A stretch of 64,000 nt of DNA from a virus (lineage: Duplodnaviria; Caudoviricetes): the IMG/VR virus record IMGVR_UViG_3300023108_000002. The stretch is one strand, 5' to 3'. The position numbers were made by a program, and so were the translations under genes. Shown here one piece after another: positions 54,575-62,512 of the stretch; positions within the stretch are counted from its first letter, which is position 1, and each line of letters begins with the position of its first letter. Under the pieces are notes generated by a model. That model saw only the letters and a program-made list of their open reading frames with translations. It did not search any database and was not told the DNA's origin.

Positions 54575-56800
54575 ATGTTGAAATTAGTCAATACACAAAA
54601 AGATTTGGATGCAAGAAAAATTATGTCTCAGGCAAAATTTTATGAGTCATATTCTAGATGGATGGAAGATGAAGGAAGATATGAATCTTGGGATGAATCT
54701 GTAAAACGTGTAATGGATATGCACAGAGCATATTACAGTGACAAAATTTCTCCAGAACTTAATCTATTAATTGATGAAGCAGAATCTCTTTATAAATTAC
54801 AATACACATTAGGCGCACAAAGAGCGCTTCAGTTTGGTGGTGAACAACTTCTGAAACATCAAATGCGTATGTATAACTGCACTTCTTCTTATGCAGATCG
54901 TGCTGCGTATTTCCAAGAGTTGTTTTACATTCTTCTTTGTGGTGCTGGAGCAGGATTTTCTGTACAGAAACATCATGTCGCAAAACTACCTGCTATAGCA
55001 GAGAGAAAGAAACAAGCGAAAGGTTGGAAAGTAGAAGATTCTATAGAAGGCTGGGCAGATGCTCTAGGGGTGCTAATGTCCTCTTATTTTGTAGGTGGTG
55101 GAACTTTTCCAGATTTCGAAGGGCGTAGAGTATATTTTGACTTGTCAGAGATTAGACCTCAAGGTGCAGAGATTTCTGGTGGATTTAAGGCGCCAGGCCC
55201 AGAACCACTCAGGAAAGCATTAGATAAGATTGAACATCTTGTGCAATCTTTAATTCTCAGCGGCGAAACTACTCTCAGGCCAATTCATGTATATGATATT
55301 TCAATGCACGCTGCCGACGCGGTTCTGGCCGGTGGAGTTAGACGTTCTGCGACCATTGCATTGTTTTCGCATGATGATGAAGAGATGACCAAGGCTAAAA
55401 CTGGAAATTGGTTTGTCGAAAATCCACAAAGAGGACGTAGCAACAATTCAGCAGTTTTAGTGAGAAGTGAAGTTACGAAAGAACAGTTTAAAGAATTGAT
55501 GCAACCAATTAAAGAATTTGGTGAGCCTGGTTTTTATTTTGTAGACAATAAAGAACATACCACAAACCCATGTGTAGAAATTGGAATGTATCCTCAAATT
55601 GATGGAATATCTGGATGGCAGGGTTGTAATTTGACAGAAATCAATGGTGGCAAGTGTGTTTCCAAAGAAGAATTTTTTAAGGCGTGTCGTGCCGCCTCTA
55701 TTCTTGGAACACTTCAAGCCGGTTACACAGATTTCAAATATATATCAGAAGATTCTAAAAGAATTTTTGAGAGAGAAGCCTTGTTGGGAGTTTCTATCAC
55801 AGGATGGATGAACAATCCAGAGATTCTTTTAGATGCAGATATTCAACGAGAAGGAGCAGAAATTGTTAAAAGAGTTAATAAAGAAGTTGCTGCGCTTATT
55901 GGAATTAACCAAGCCGCGCGTACTACTTGTGTAAAACCATCTGGTAATGCATCTGTTCTTCTGCAAACTGCCTCTGGTATTCATGCAGAACATTCACCAA
56001 AGTATATTCGTCATGTACAGATGAATAAAGACGCTGAAGTTGCACAACTGATTGCACAGACAAATCCATACATGGTCGAAGAGTCTGTCTGGTCAAGTAG
56101 TAGAACTGATTACTGTATCGGTTTCCCTGTCATCTCTCCAAAAGGTTCTCTTTACAAAGAAGATCTATTTGGAACCGATTTGTTGAAAAAAGTTCAACTC
56201 GTTCAACAGAATTGGGTCGAAGCGGGAACTAATGTAGATTTGTGTGCAGACCCAACAGTTCGTCATAATGTTTCTAATACAGTAACTGTTGCATCGCATA
56301 TGTGGAATGAGGTAGAAGATTTTCTTTATGAAAATAAAGACTACTTTGCTGGAGTTTCTTTCTTATCTGGCATGGGAGATAAGGATTTTCATCAAGCTCC
56401 AATGACAGAAGTATTAGATGAAACAGAAATTGTGAATAAGTACGGAAGAGGTGCAATGTTTGCTGCTGGATTGATTGTTGATACTAGAAAAGGGTTTAAC
56501 AATCTATGGGAAGCATGTTCAATTGCACAAATGCCAATTGAACACCAAGGAGAGATTTCTGATCTTCGAGCTGAATGGATTCGTAGGTTTAAGAAATTTG
56601 CCGATAATTACTTTTATGGTGATATGAAAGATGCAGAATATTGTTTGAAGGATGTTTTCTTGTTGCATAAATGGACAAAAATTCAACAGAATTTGACACA
56701 TATAGATTTTAATACGCAACTCGAAACTAAAAAATTCACAGACATTGATACTATGGGCGCGATTGCGTGTCAAGGTGGTGCCTGTGAAATAACCTTTTGA
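54575..56800 (+). CDS. nrdJ: class II (adenosylcobalamin-dependent) monomeric ribonucleotide reductase
   Basis: YNCT, GGVRRSA, RSNNSA, TNPCVEI, GCNLTE, CVKPSGNAS, C-terminal CQGGACE; no nrdB partner nearby. Confidence 0.9.
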   Translation: MLKLVNTQKDLDARKIMSQAKFYESYSRWMEDEGRYESWDESVKRVMDMHRAYYSDKISPELNLLIDEAESLYKLQYTLGAQRALQFGGEQLLKHQMRMYNCTSSYADRAAYFQELFYILLCGAGAGFSVQKHHVAKLPAIAERKKQAKGWKVEDSIEGWADALGVLMSSYFVGGGTFPDFEGRRVYFDLSEIRPQGAEISGGFKAPGPEPLRKALDKIEHLVQSLILSGETTLRPIHVYDISMHAADAVLAGGVRRSATIALFSHDDEEMTKAKTGNWFVENPQRGRSNNSAVLVRSEVTKEQFKELMQPIKEFGEPGFYFVDNKEHTTNPCVEIGMYPQIDGISGWQGCNLTEINGGKCVSKEEFFKACRAASILGTLQAGYTDFKYISEDSKRIFEREALLGVSITGWMNNPEILLDADIQREGAEIVKRVNKEVAALIGINQAARTTCVKPSGNASVLLQTASGIHAEHSPKYIRHVQMNKDAEVAQLIAQTNPYMVEESVWSSSRTDYCIGFPVISPKGSLYKEDLFGTDLLKKVQLVQQNWVEAGTNVDLCADPTVRHNVSNTVTVASHMWNEVEDFLYENKDYFAGVSFLSGMGDKDFHQAPMTEVLDETEIVNKYGRGAMFAAGLIVDTRKGFNNLWEACSIAQMPIEHQGEISDLRAEWIRRFKKFADNYFYGDMKDAEYCLKDVFLLHKWTKIQQNLTHIDFNTQLETKKFTDIDTMGAIACQGGACEITF

Positions 56801-56848
56801 AAAAATACATAATTCTAAATAATAAAATATTTCAAAAGGGAGTAGTAA

Positions 56849-57013
56849 ATGGAGCATATTGGATGTACAGAATGTGCAGCGGAATTTTCCGTAGAAACTC
56901 ATAATGAAGAAGTTGTAAGGTTTTGTCCCATCTGTGGAGAGGCTCTTGAAGATTGTATAAATATAATCAAAGAGTTCGACATGGAAGAGGATGAAGAGTG
57001 GTTAGAAGAATAG
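56849..57013 (+). CDS. small zinc-ribbon protein (54 aa; missing from the ORF track)
   Basis: GGGAG RBS; MEHIGCTECAAEF...FCPICGEAL followed by an acidic tail. Confidence 0.75.
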   Translation: MEHIGCTECAAEFSVETHNEEVVRFCPICGEALEDCINIIKEFDMEEDEEWLEE

Positions 57014-57558
57014 GTGGTATTGATTACAGCTTAACTTGCCCATCAGTGTGCATATATACAGGAGAGAAAGAAGATTTTAGTTTTGAAAAATGCTTAATCT
57101 TCTTTCTTTCAAATACAAAAAAATACGAAGATTTTCAATATAAAAATATTGAAGGTTCGCAACAAATTCAAAATTGGCAGACAGCAGAGGAAAGATATGA
57201 TTTTATCTCAGACTGGGCCTTAGACATTTTCATACATCATAATATCGAAGAAATAGTCTTAGAGGACTATAGTTACGGATCGAAAGGAAAAGTGTTTCAT
57301 ATTGCCGAAAACACTGGAATTTTGAAGTGGAAACTGTGGAATTCAGAACTAGAATATCATGTAGTGCCTCCGACAGTGATAAAGAAGTTTGCCACTGGTA
57401 AAGGTAATGCTAATAAAGAAATGATGTACGAATCATTTTTAGAAGAAACTAATGTAAATTTGAACGAAAGTTTAGAAATAAAATCAGAAAAAATAGGAAA
57501 CCCTGTTTCAGATATTGTAGATTCTTATTATATTTGTAAATTAGCCCTTGACTTATAA
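56998..57558 (+). CDS. ruvC: RuvC-like Holliday junction resolvase
   Basis: GGIDYS, VLEDY, AENTGILK, KKFATGKGNANK, DIVDSYYI. Confidence 0.8.
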   Translation: MVRRIGGIDYSLTCPSVCIYTGEKEDFSFEKCLIFFLSNTKKYEDFQYKNIEGSQQIQNWQTAEERYDFISDWALDIFIHHNIEEIVLEDYSYGSKGKVFHIAENTGILKWKLWNSELEYHVVPPTVIKKFATGKGNANKEMMYESFLEETNVNLNESLEIKSEKIGNPVSDIVDSYYICKLALDL

Positions 57559-57576
57559 ACACATAGTTGTTATATT
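57548..57576 (+). promoter_or_regulatory. sigma70-type early promoter
   Basis: GCCC-TTGACT-N17-TATATT with TG extension. Confidence 0.78.
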
Positions 57577-57604
57577 ATATGTGTATTAACAAATGGTAAA
57601 TTCA

Positions 57605-58165
57605 ATGAACATTTTTGTACTAGATGAAAATCCAACTGTAGCCGCACAACTTCAATGCGACAAACATGTAGTAAAGATGATTGTCGAATCGGCACAAATG
57701 CTTTCCACGGCGCATAGAATGTTGGATGGTAAACATGAGAAACGACCATCTATCTCAGGAAAACGCATGGTCGACTATTGGGTTCATCCTAACCCAAACC
57801 TAGAGAAAACTCTTTACAAGGCTGTACACTTCACTCATCCCTGCACAGAGTGGACCACCGAGTCTCTTGCAAATTATATCTGGCATTACAACCATTGGGT
57901 GGCTCTATGTGACGAATACACATACAGATATGGAAAAATACATTCTACCGATGAATTATTGCGAGAGGTTTTGATCACACCTCCAATAAACATTGCAGAA
58001 GATGGACTCACTCCATTCAAACTTGCAATGAAAGATTCTCCTCAATGTCAATTTCCAGATGATCCTGTAAAGTCTTATCAGTTATTTTACCAAACAAAGC
58101 AAGAAAGGTTCAATATGGTATGGAGTAAACGGAACATTCCAGAATGGTTTCAAAAAACTCCTTGA
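57605..58165 (+). CDS. pyrimidine-dimer DNA glycosylase/DenV-family protein
   Basis: MNIFVLD..P..AA...CDKHVVKMIVESAQMLSTAH, HPCTEW, WVALCDEYTYRYGK.H. Confidence 0.75.
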   Translation: MNIFVLDENPTVAAQLQCDKHVVKMIVESAQMLSTAHRMLDGKHEKRPSISGKRMVDYWVHPNPNLEKTLYKAVHFTHPCTEWTTESLANYIWHYNHWVALCDEYTYRYGKIHSTDELLREVLITPPINIAEDGLTPFKLAMKDSPQCQFPDDPVKSYQLFYQTKQERFNMVWSKRNIPEWFQKTP

Positions 58166-58191
58166 CAGACTAGAATGAAATATGTTATAAG
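58162..58191 (+). promoter_or_regulatory. sigma70-type early promoter
   Basis: TTGACA-N18-TATAAG with TG; the -35 contains the upstream TGA stop. Confidence 0.7.
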
Positions 58192-58224
58192 TAATAGTAT
58201 GTAAAACAAAATAGAGACAAAATT

Positions 58225-59127
58225 ATGATTTTGATAGATCTAAGTCAAGTTATCATTTCTAATCTCATGACTCAGGTAGGCCCCAATACTGAAGATATTG
58301 ATGATGGCTTGATTCGACACATGATACTGAATAGTATTCTAAGAATTAAGAAAAAGTTTTCAGCAGAGTATGGAAATATCGTAATCTGTTGTGATAACAA
58401 AAATTATTGGAGAAAGGACATTTATCCATACTATAAATTCTCTCGCAAAAAAGAGAGAGAAGATTCTGGTATTGATTGGAGTCTTATCTTCAACACAATG
58501 AATGAAGTAAAGACAGACCTCAAGGAAGTCTTTCCTTACAAAATCATTGAACATGACCGTGTTGAAGCGGATGATATTATTGCAACCTTGACTCAGGCTT
58601 TTGCTCCTTATGAGAAAATCTTGATTATGTCTAGTGATAAAGACTTCAAACAACTGCAAAAATATCCCAATGTTTCTCAATATAGTCCTATGCAAAAAAG
58701 ATATCTCGTAGAGAAAAATCCTCAAAGATATTTAAGAGAGCATATTATTCGTGGTGATAAATCAGATGGAATACCTAACTTTTTGAGTGATGATGAAGTT
58801 TTTATAGAAAATCGTAGACAAAAACCCATCACAAAGAAAAACTTAGGAGATTGGCTTGATATGAGTCGTTGTCCAGAAGATTTCTGTGATGCAAATATGT
58901 TGAAACGATGGAAGAGAAACGAAGCACTTGTTGATCTTACATTGGTTCCAGAAGATATCAGAACTAAAATACTTGAAAAATTTGAAAATGAACCAGAAGG
59001 AGATATGAAAAAGGTATTCAATTATTTTATCAAGAACCGTATGATGATGTTGATGGAAGAAATTGACGGATTCAAAGAAAGTAAATATAAAACCTATCAT
59101 GAAGAAGATGTTATGAGGACAGCATGA
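58225..59127 (+). CDS. rnh: T4-type RNase H (5'-3' exonuclease)
   Basis: MILID.SQ, YWRK..YP.YK..R, EADDIIA, SSDKDF.QL, I.GDKSDGIPN. Confidence 0.95.
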   Translation: MILIDLSQVIISNLMTQVGPNTEDIDDGLIRHMILNSILRIKKKFSAEYGNIVICCDNKNYWRKDIYPYYKFSRKKEREDSGIDWSLIFNTMNEVKTDLKEVFPYKIIEHDRVEADDIIATLTQAFAPYEKILIMSSDKDFKQLQKYPNVSQYSPMQKRYLVEKNPQRYLREHIIRGDKSDGIPNFLSDDEVFIENRRQKPITKKNLGDWLDMSRCPEDFCDANMLKRWKRNEALVDLTLVPEDIRTKILEKFENEPEGDMKKVFNYFIKNRMMMLMEEIDGFKESKYKTYHEEDVMRTA

Positions 59128-59321
59128 AAGAGAAATCCAAAAATTACAAGTGTTACTCAAAGGTAACACCAATCGTCTTTGAAAACCATTGTTATGGTTT
59201 TGAAGTAAAGGTAACTGAGGTGAACAGTAAATGGTCAAGAGATGGTCGTTCAATTGTAACCAAAAAGTTTTTTATCGATGAAACTAAAGCCACAGAGTTT
59301 GCAGAAAGTGTTAGAGTGTAA
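59124..59321 (+). CDS. hypothetical protein
   Basis: ATGA-coupled to rnh; 65 aa. Confidence 0.5.
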   Translation: MKEKSKNYKCYSKVTPIVFENHCYGFEVKVTEVNSKWSRDGRSIVTKKFFIDETKATEFAESVRV

Positions 59322-59353
59322 TCAACGATTCCGTGGCGGAAATAGAGGAAAAA

Positions 59354-59848
59354 ATGAAAAGATTATTCGCTATATTAACAATGTCAATCCTATCAACAGC
59401 TGCATATGCTCAGAGTTATGCAGAAGGAACGATTGTTGATGTACAAACAATCTATGGTTCTAATTCTTATAATGTTCCAAAAAGAATTTGTAGTGATGTA
59501 GATGTTCCTGTTTATCGAAATGGCAATAATTCAAATAATATTATCACTGGTGCTATTATTGGTGGTGTTATTGGACATCAATTTGGTAAGGGGGATCAGA
59601 GAAAAGATAATAGAAATGCTGGTGCAATTATTGGTGGATTGATTGGAAGTCAAAATCAGAATGGAAATGTTGTGCAATATCGCAGAGAAACGCAATGTAG
59701 AACTGAGTATCAGCGTCAAGAAGAAAGTTTTATTTCACATTATATTGTTGTAATTAATGTGCATGGTAACACTATTCGTCAACAAACAGGAATTGCATAT
59801 AATGTAGGAGATACGGTAAGATTGAGAGTTTCTTATTCTCTAAATTAA
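59354..59848 (+). CDS. secreted glycine-zipper 2TM protein (YcfJ-like)
   Basis: Sec signal MKRLFAILTMSILSTAAYA; GAIIGGVIGHQFGKG...GAIIGGLIG; RETQCRT. Confidence 0.8.
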   Translation: MKRLFAILTMSILSTAAYAQSYAEGTIVDVQTIYGSNSYNVPKRICSDVDVPVYRNGNNSNNIITGAIIGGVIGHQFGKGDQRKDNRNAGAIIGGLIGSQNQNGNVVQYRRETQCRTEYQRQEESFISHYIVVINVHGNTIRQQTGIAYNVGDTVRLRVSYSLN

Positions 59849-59872
59849 TTGAAAAAAACTTAGCTCGGGCCC

Positions 59873-59901
59873 TTGACTTTTGGGCCCGAATCACTTATAT
59901 T
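59873..59901 (+). promoter_or_regulatory. sigma70-type early promoter, -35 enclosed by an inverted repeat
   Basis: TTGACT-N17-TATATT; TCGGGCCC (59865-72) and GGGCCCGA (59882-89); GAATC in the spacer. Confidence 0.8.
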
Positions 59902-59934
59902 ATATATGTAAGTTAAGAAAAAGAGAGAAACAAT

Positions 59935-60273
59935 ATGATGAATACCGCCCTTGAAAATCTTCTTGAAAACATCAAAACTGACTATTACAACTGGACAAGT
60001 CGTAATGGTACTAAAGAGTTGACTCATATCAATCTAGATATGATTGAAGAATTCAACAACGGATTGTCATGGACAGTTGGTAGTAAATATATCAAAATTA
60101 TCTCAAACGGTGGTGTCTGGGGATTTGTTGTCAACACTGAAAATGACAAAAAATTCCGCATGGGTGATATCTTGAAAGCTGCTGGTTGGAACGCTCCTGC
60201 TCGAAATGCGGCGCGTGGAAATGTCTTTGAAGATTATGATATTCGGTGGACTGGACCTAACTACTTGATATAG
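59935..60273 (+). CDS. conserved phage hypothetical protein
   Basis: KYIKI...VWGFV...GDILKAAGWNAPARNAARGN. Confidence 0.65.
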   Translation: MMNTALENLLENIKTDYYNWTSRNGTKELTHINLDMIEEFNNGLSWTVGSKYIKIISNGGVWGFVVNTENDKKFRMGDILKAAGWNAPARNAARGNVFEDYDIRWTGPNYLI

Positions 60274-60281
60274 GAGTTACT

Positions 60282-60530
60282 ATGGAAGATATGATTGTAA
60301 GTTCTCTAGGCTATACAAAAGCGCAACTCACTGTTGCGTTTGACAAACTTACAGAAGGAATGGATAACTGGAAAATGCCAATCAGTTCTACCATTCATAT
60401 TTCTGATTGGAATGTGATGTGTGAAGCATGTGCGTTTTTCACAGGTTCCGAACTTTATCAAACATACGACAATGGTGATGGGACCATGAATGTAAAAGCG
60501 GAGGGCTATTATAACGCAATTGGCCCTTGA
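60282..60530 (+). CDS. hypothetical protein
   Basis: AGGAG RBS; NWKMPI...AC.FFTGS..; its TGA stop lies inside the next -35 box. Confidence 0.6.
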   Translation: MEDMIVSSLGYTKAQLTVAFDKLTEGMDNWKMPISSTIHISDWNVMCEACAFFTGSELYQTYDNGDGTMNVKAEGYYNAIGP

Positions 60531-60556
60531 CAATTCAAACCGAATCGGTTATATTA
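60526..60556 (+). repeat. 31-bp promoter-containing direct repeat, copy 1
   Basis: CTTGACAATTCAAACCGAATCGGTTATATTA, containing TTGACA-N17-TATATT. Confidence 0.9.
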
Positions 60557-60582
60557 TACCCCTAACAAAAAGAGATGATCCC

Positions 60583-61143
60583 ATGCAACTAACATCTGAA
60601 CAAATATACAATGTGGCAAACTCAGCCGTAATTCAAAACTACATTCAAGAAAATCTTTATGATCCTTGGATAGATACTCCATTTGAGGGATATCGCTATA
60701 TGGATAGTAAACAAAAAGGGGCGCTGGGCGAAATATATGTCAGCCTTCTTTTTGAGGCTTGTGGATATGATGTGGAATTTGCTGAAACTTCTACGGCTGG
60801 TCACGATAGAGTTATAAACGGAATTCGCACTGAGATTAAATTTTCTCTTGCACACACCAACAACAAAAAAAGAATTCTAAAAGAAGATTGTTTTACTATG
60901 AATCATGTTGCTGTCGGTAAAGACTGGGAACGATTGATCTTCCTTGCGATTAACGGTGATCCCAACAAAGTTCGCGCCATGTATATGACGAAGAAAGAAT
61001 TCAAGCAGGCACTTGATACTAGTGAATATTTCTCTCATCAACAAGGTGGCAAGAGCGGTGACAATGATGATTATATGATTGCATCTGGTAAAATCGTAAA
61101 ACTAATGAACTCTGGATATATGAAGTCTCTTAGCGAATGGTAA
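60583..61143 (+). CDS. putative type II restriction endonuclease (PD-(D/E)XK)
   Basis: KGALGE...HDRVING..TEIKFS; overlaps the downstream MTase start. The ATG at 60583 lies downstream of the promoter. Confidence 0.6.
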   Translation: MQLTSEQIYNVANSAVIQNYIQENLYDPWIDTPFEGYRYMDSKQKGALGEIYVSLLFEACGYDVEFAETSTAGHDRVINGIRTEIKFSLAHTNNKKRILKEDCFTMNHVAVGKDWERLIFLAINGDPNKVRAMYMTKKEFKQALDTSEYFSHQQGGKSGDNDDYMIASGKIVKLMNSGYMKSLSEW

Positions 61144-61877
61144 AACTAGACTTATATAATGGTGATTGTTTGGAAATCATGAAGACTATTGAAGACAATA
61201 GTGTTGACATGATTATGGCCGATCTACCATATGGCACCACAGCATGTAAATGGGATTCAATCATACCACTTGATGTGCTGTGGGAGCAATACAATCGTAT
61301 TTGTAAGAAGAATGCTGCCATGGTGTTTACAGCAGCACAGCCTTTTACTACGATTCTTGCTGCCTCTAATATTAAGAATCTTCGTTATGAATGGATATGG
61401 GAGAAGCCTCAGGGTACTAATCCTATGAATGCAAAGATTATGCCTCTTAAATCGCATGAGAATATTCTTGTATTCTACAGAGAGAAGCCTACATATAATC
61501 CACAAATGTGGTATAGCACTCCATATTCTGGTTATAAGAGTGATACTGCAACGATTGGTGAGGTTTATGGTAATGCAAAATCAAAGCATCGTGATAATCC
61601 AGATGGATCACGATATCCCAAAACAATCATCAAACATAAACAAGAGAAAGGATTTCATCCAACTCAAAAGCCAGTTGGTCTTATGGAATATCTGATCAAG
61701 ACTTATACAAATGAAGGAGATGTTGTTTTAGATAATACTATGGGGTCTGGTACAACTGGTGTTGCTGCGCAAAACCTTTGTCGTGGGTTTATTGGGATTG
61801 AAATGGACGAAAATTATTTCAACATCGCCAAAGAAAGAATTGAAAATAATTCTAATCTTTCTCGCTTTTTGTCTTGA
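61137..61877 (+). CDS. beta-class N6-adenine/N4-cytosine DNA methyltransferase
   Basis: GDCLE, catalytic ADLPYG, HPTQKP, SAM-binding VLDNTMGSGTTG, GIEMD. Confidence 0.92.
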   Translation: MVKLDLYNGDCLEIMKTIEDNSVDMIMADLPYGTTACKWDSIIPLDVLWEQYNRICKKNAAMVFTAAQPFTTILAASNIKNLRYEWIWEKPQGTNPMNAKIMPLKSHENILVFYREKPTYNPQMWYSTPYSGYKSDTATIGEVYGNAKSKHRDNPDGSRYPKTIIKHKQEKGFHPTQKPVGLMEYLIKTYTNEGDVVLDNTMGSGTTGVAAQNLCRGFIGIEMDENYFNIAKERIENNSNLSRFLS

Positions 61878-61903
61878 CAATTCAAACCGAATCAGTTATA
61901 TTA
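61873..61903 (+). repeat. 31-bp promoter-containing direct repeat, copy 2
   Basis: CTTGACAATTCAAACCGAATCAGTTATATTA; one mismatch to copy 1. Confidence 0.9.
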
Positions 61904-61927
61904 ATAATGTAATAAGAAAGACTGTTA

Positions 61928-62512
61928 ATGATTGCTAAAAAAGAAAAAACAATACTAGTAGACTGCGATGGCGTTCTCCTTGATTGGGAGTACGCCTTTG
62001 ATTGTTGGATGACTCGGCATGGATATGAAGTTGTCCAAGAAGGCGAATACAAAATGGATTTGAAATATGGACTTGCACGGGCCGAAGCAAAACGGCTGGT
62101 ACGAATGTTCAATGAATCTGCTTGGATTCGGAAATTGCCTCCTTTACGGGATGCGATCAAATATGTGAAAAAACTTCATGAAGAACATGGTTATATTTTC
62201 CACGCAATTACTAGTTTGAGTAACGATCAATATAGTCAACATCTTCGGACTAAAAACCTTCGGGAGTTGTTTGGAGATAGTGTCTTTGAACGGTATGTCT
62301 ATCTTGACACTGGTGCTGACAAAGACGAAGCTCTTTTGGAATACTCTGGTTGTGGATGTTTTTGGGTTGAAGATAAACCTGAGAACGCAGACCTTGGTTT
62401 GCGGATGGGTTTAGAAAGTCTTTTGGTTGCTCATGAACATAACTCTGGATACACTGGTAGTGCTCTTCGGGTTCAAAACTGGAAAGAAATCTATGGATTG
62501 ATTACCGATTAA
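61928..62512 (+). CDS. HAD-family 5'(3')-deoxyribonucleotidase-like protein
   Basis: ILVDCDGVLLDW (DxDG motif), AITSL, WVEDK..NA. Confidence 0.82.
   Translation: MIAKKEKTILVDCDGVLLDWEYAFDCWMTRHGYEVVQEGEYKMDLKYGLARAEAKRLVRMFNESAWIRKLPPLRDAIKYVKKLHEEHGYIFHAITSLSNDQYSQHLRTKNLRELFGDSVFERYVYLDTGADKDEALLEYSGCGCFWVEDKPENADLGLRMGLESLLVAHEHNSGYTGSALRVQNWKEIYGLITD

Noticed and set aside
4971-56800. Inteins or group I introns in gp17, gp43, gp41 or nrdJ
   Set aside because: The ORFs are uninterrupted, of normal length, and have no intein or LAGLIDADG motifs.
962-61695. Dozens of 60-185 aa ORFs in the track antisense or out of frame to core genes (e.g. 7987..8301, 28391..28948, 50819..51316)
   Set aside because: They lie wholly within well-supported genes, lack RBS or motifs, and look like shadow frames.
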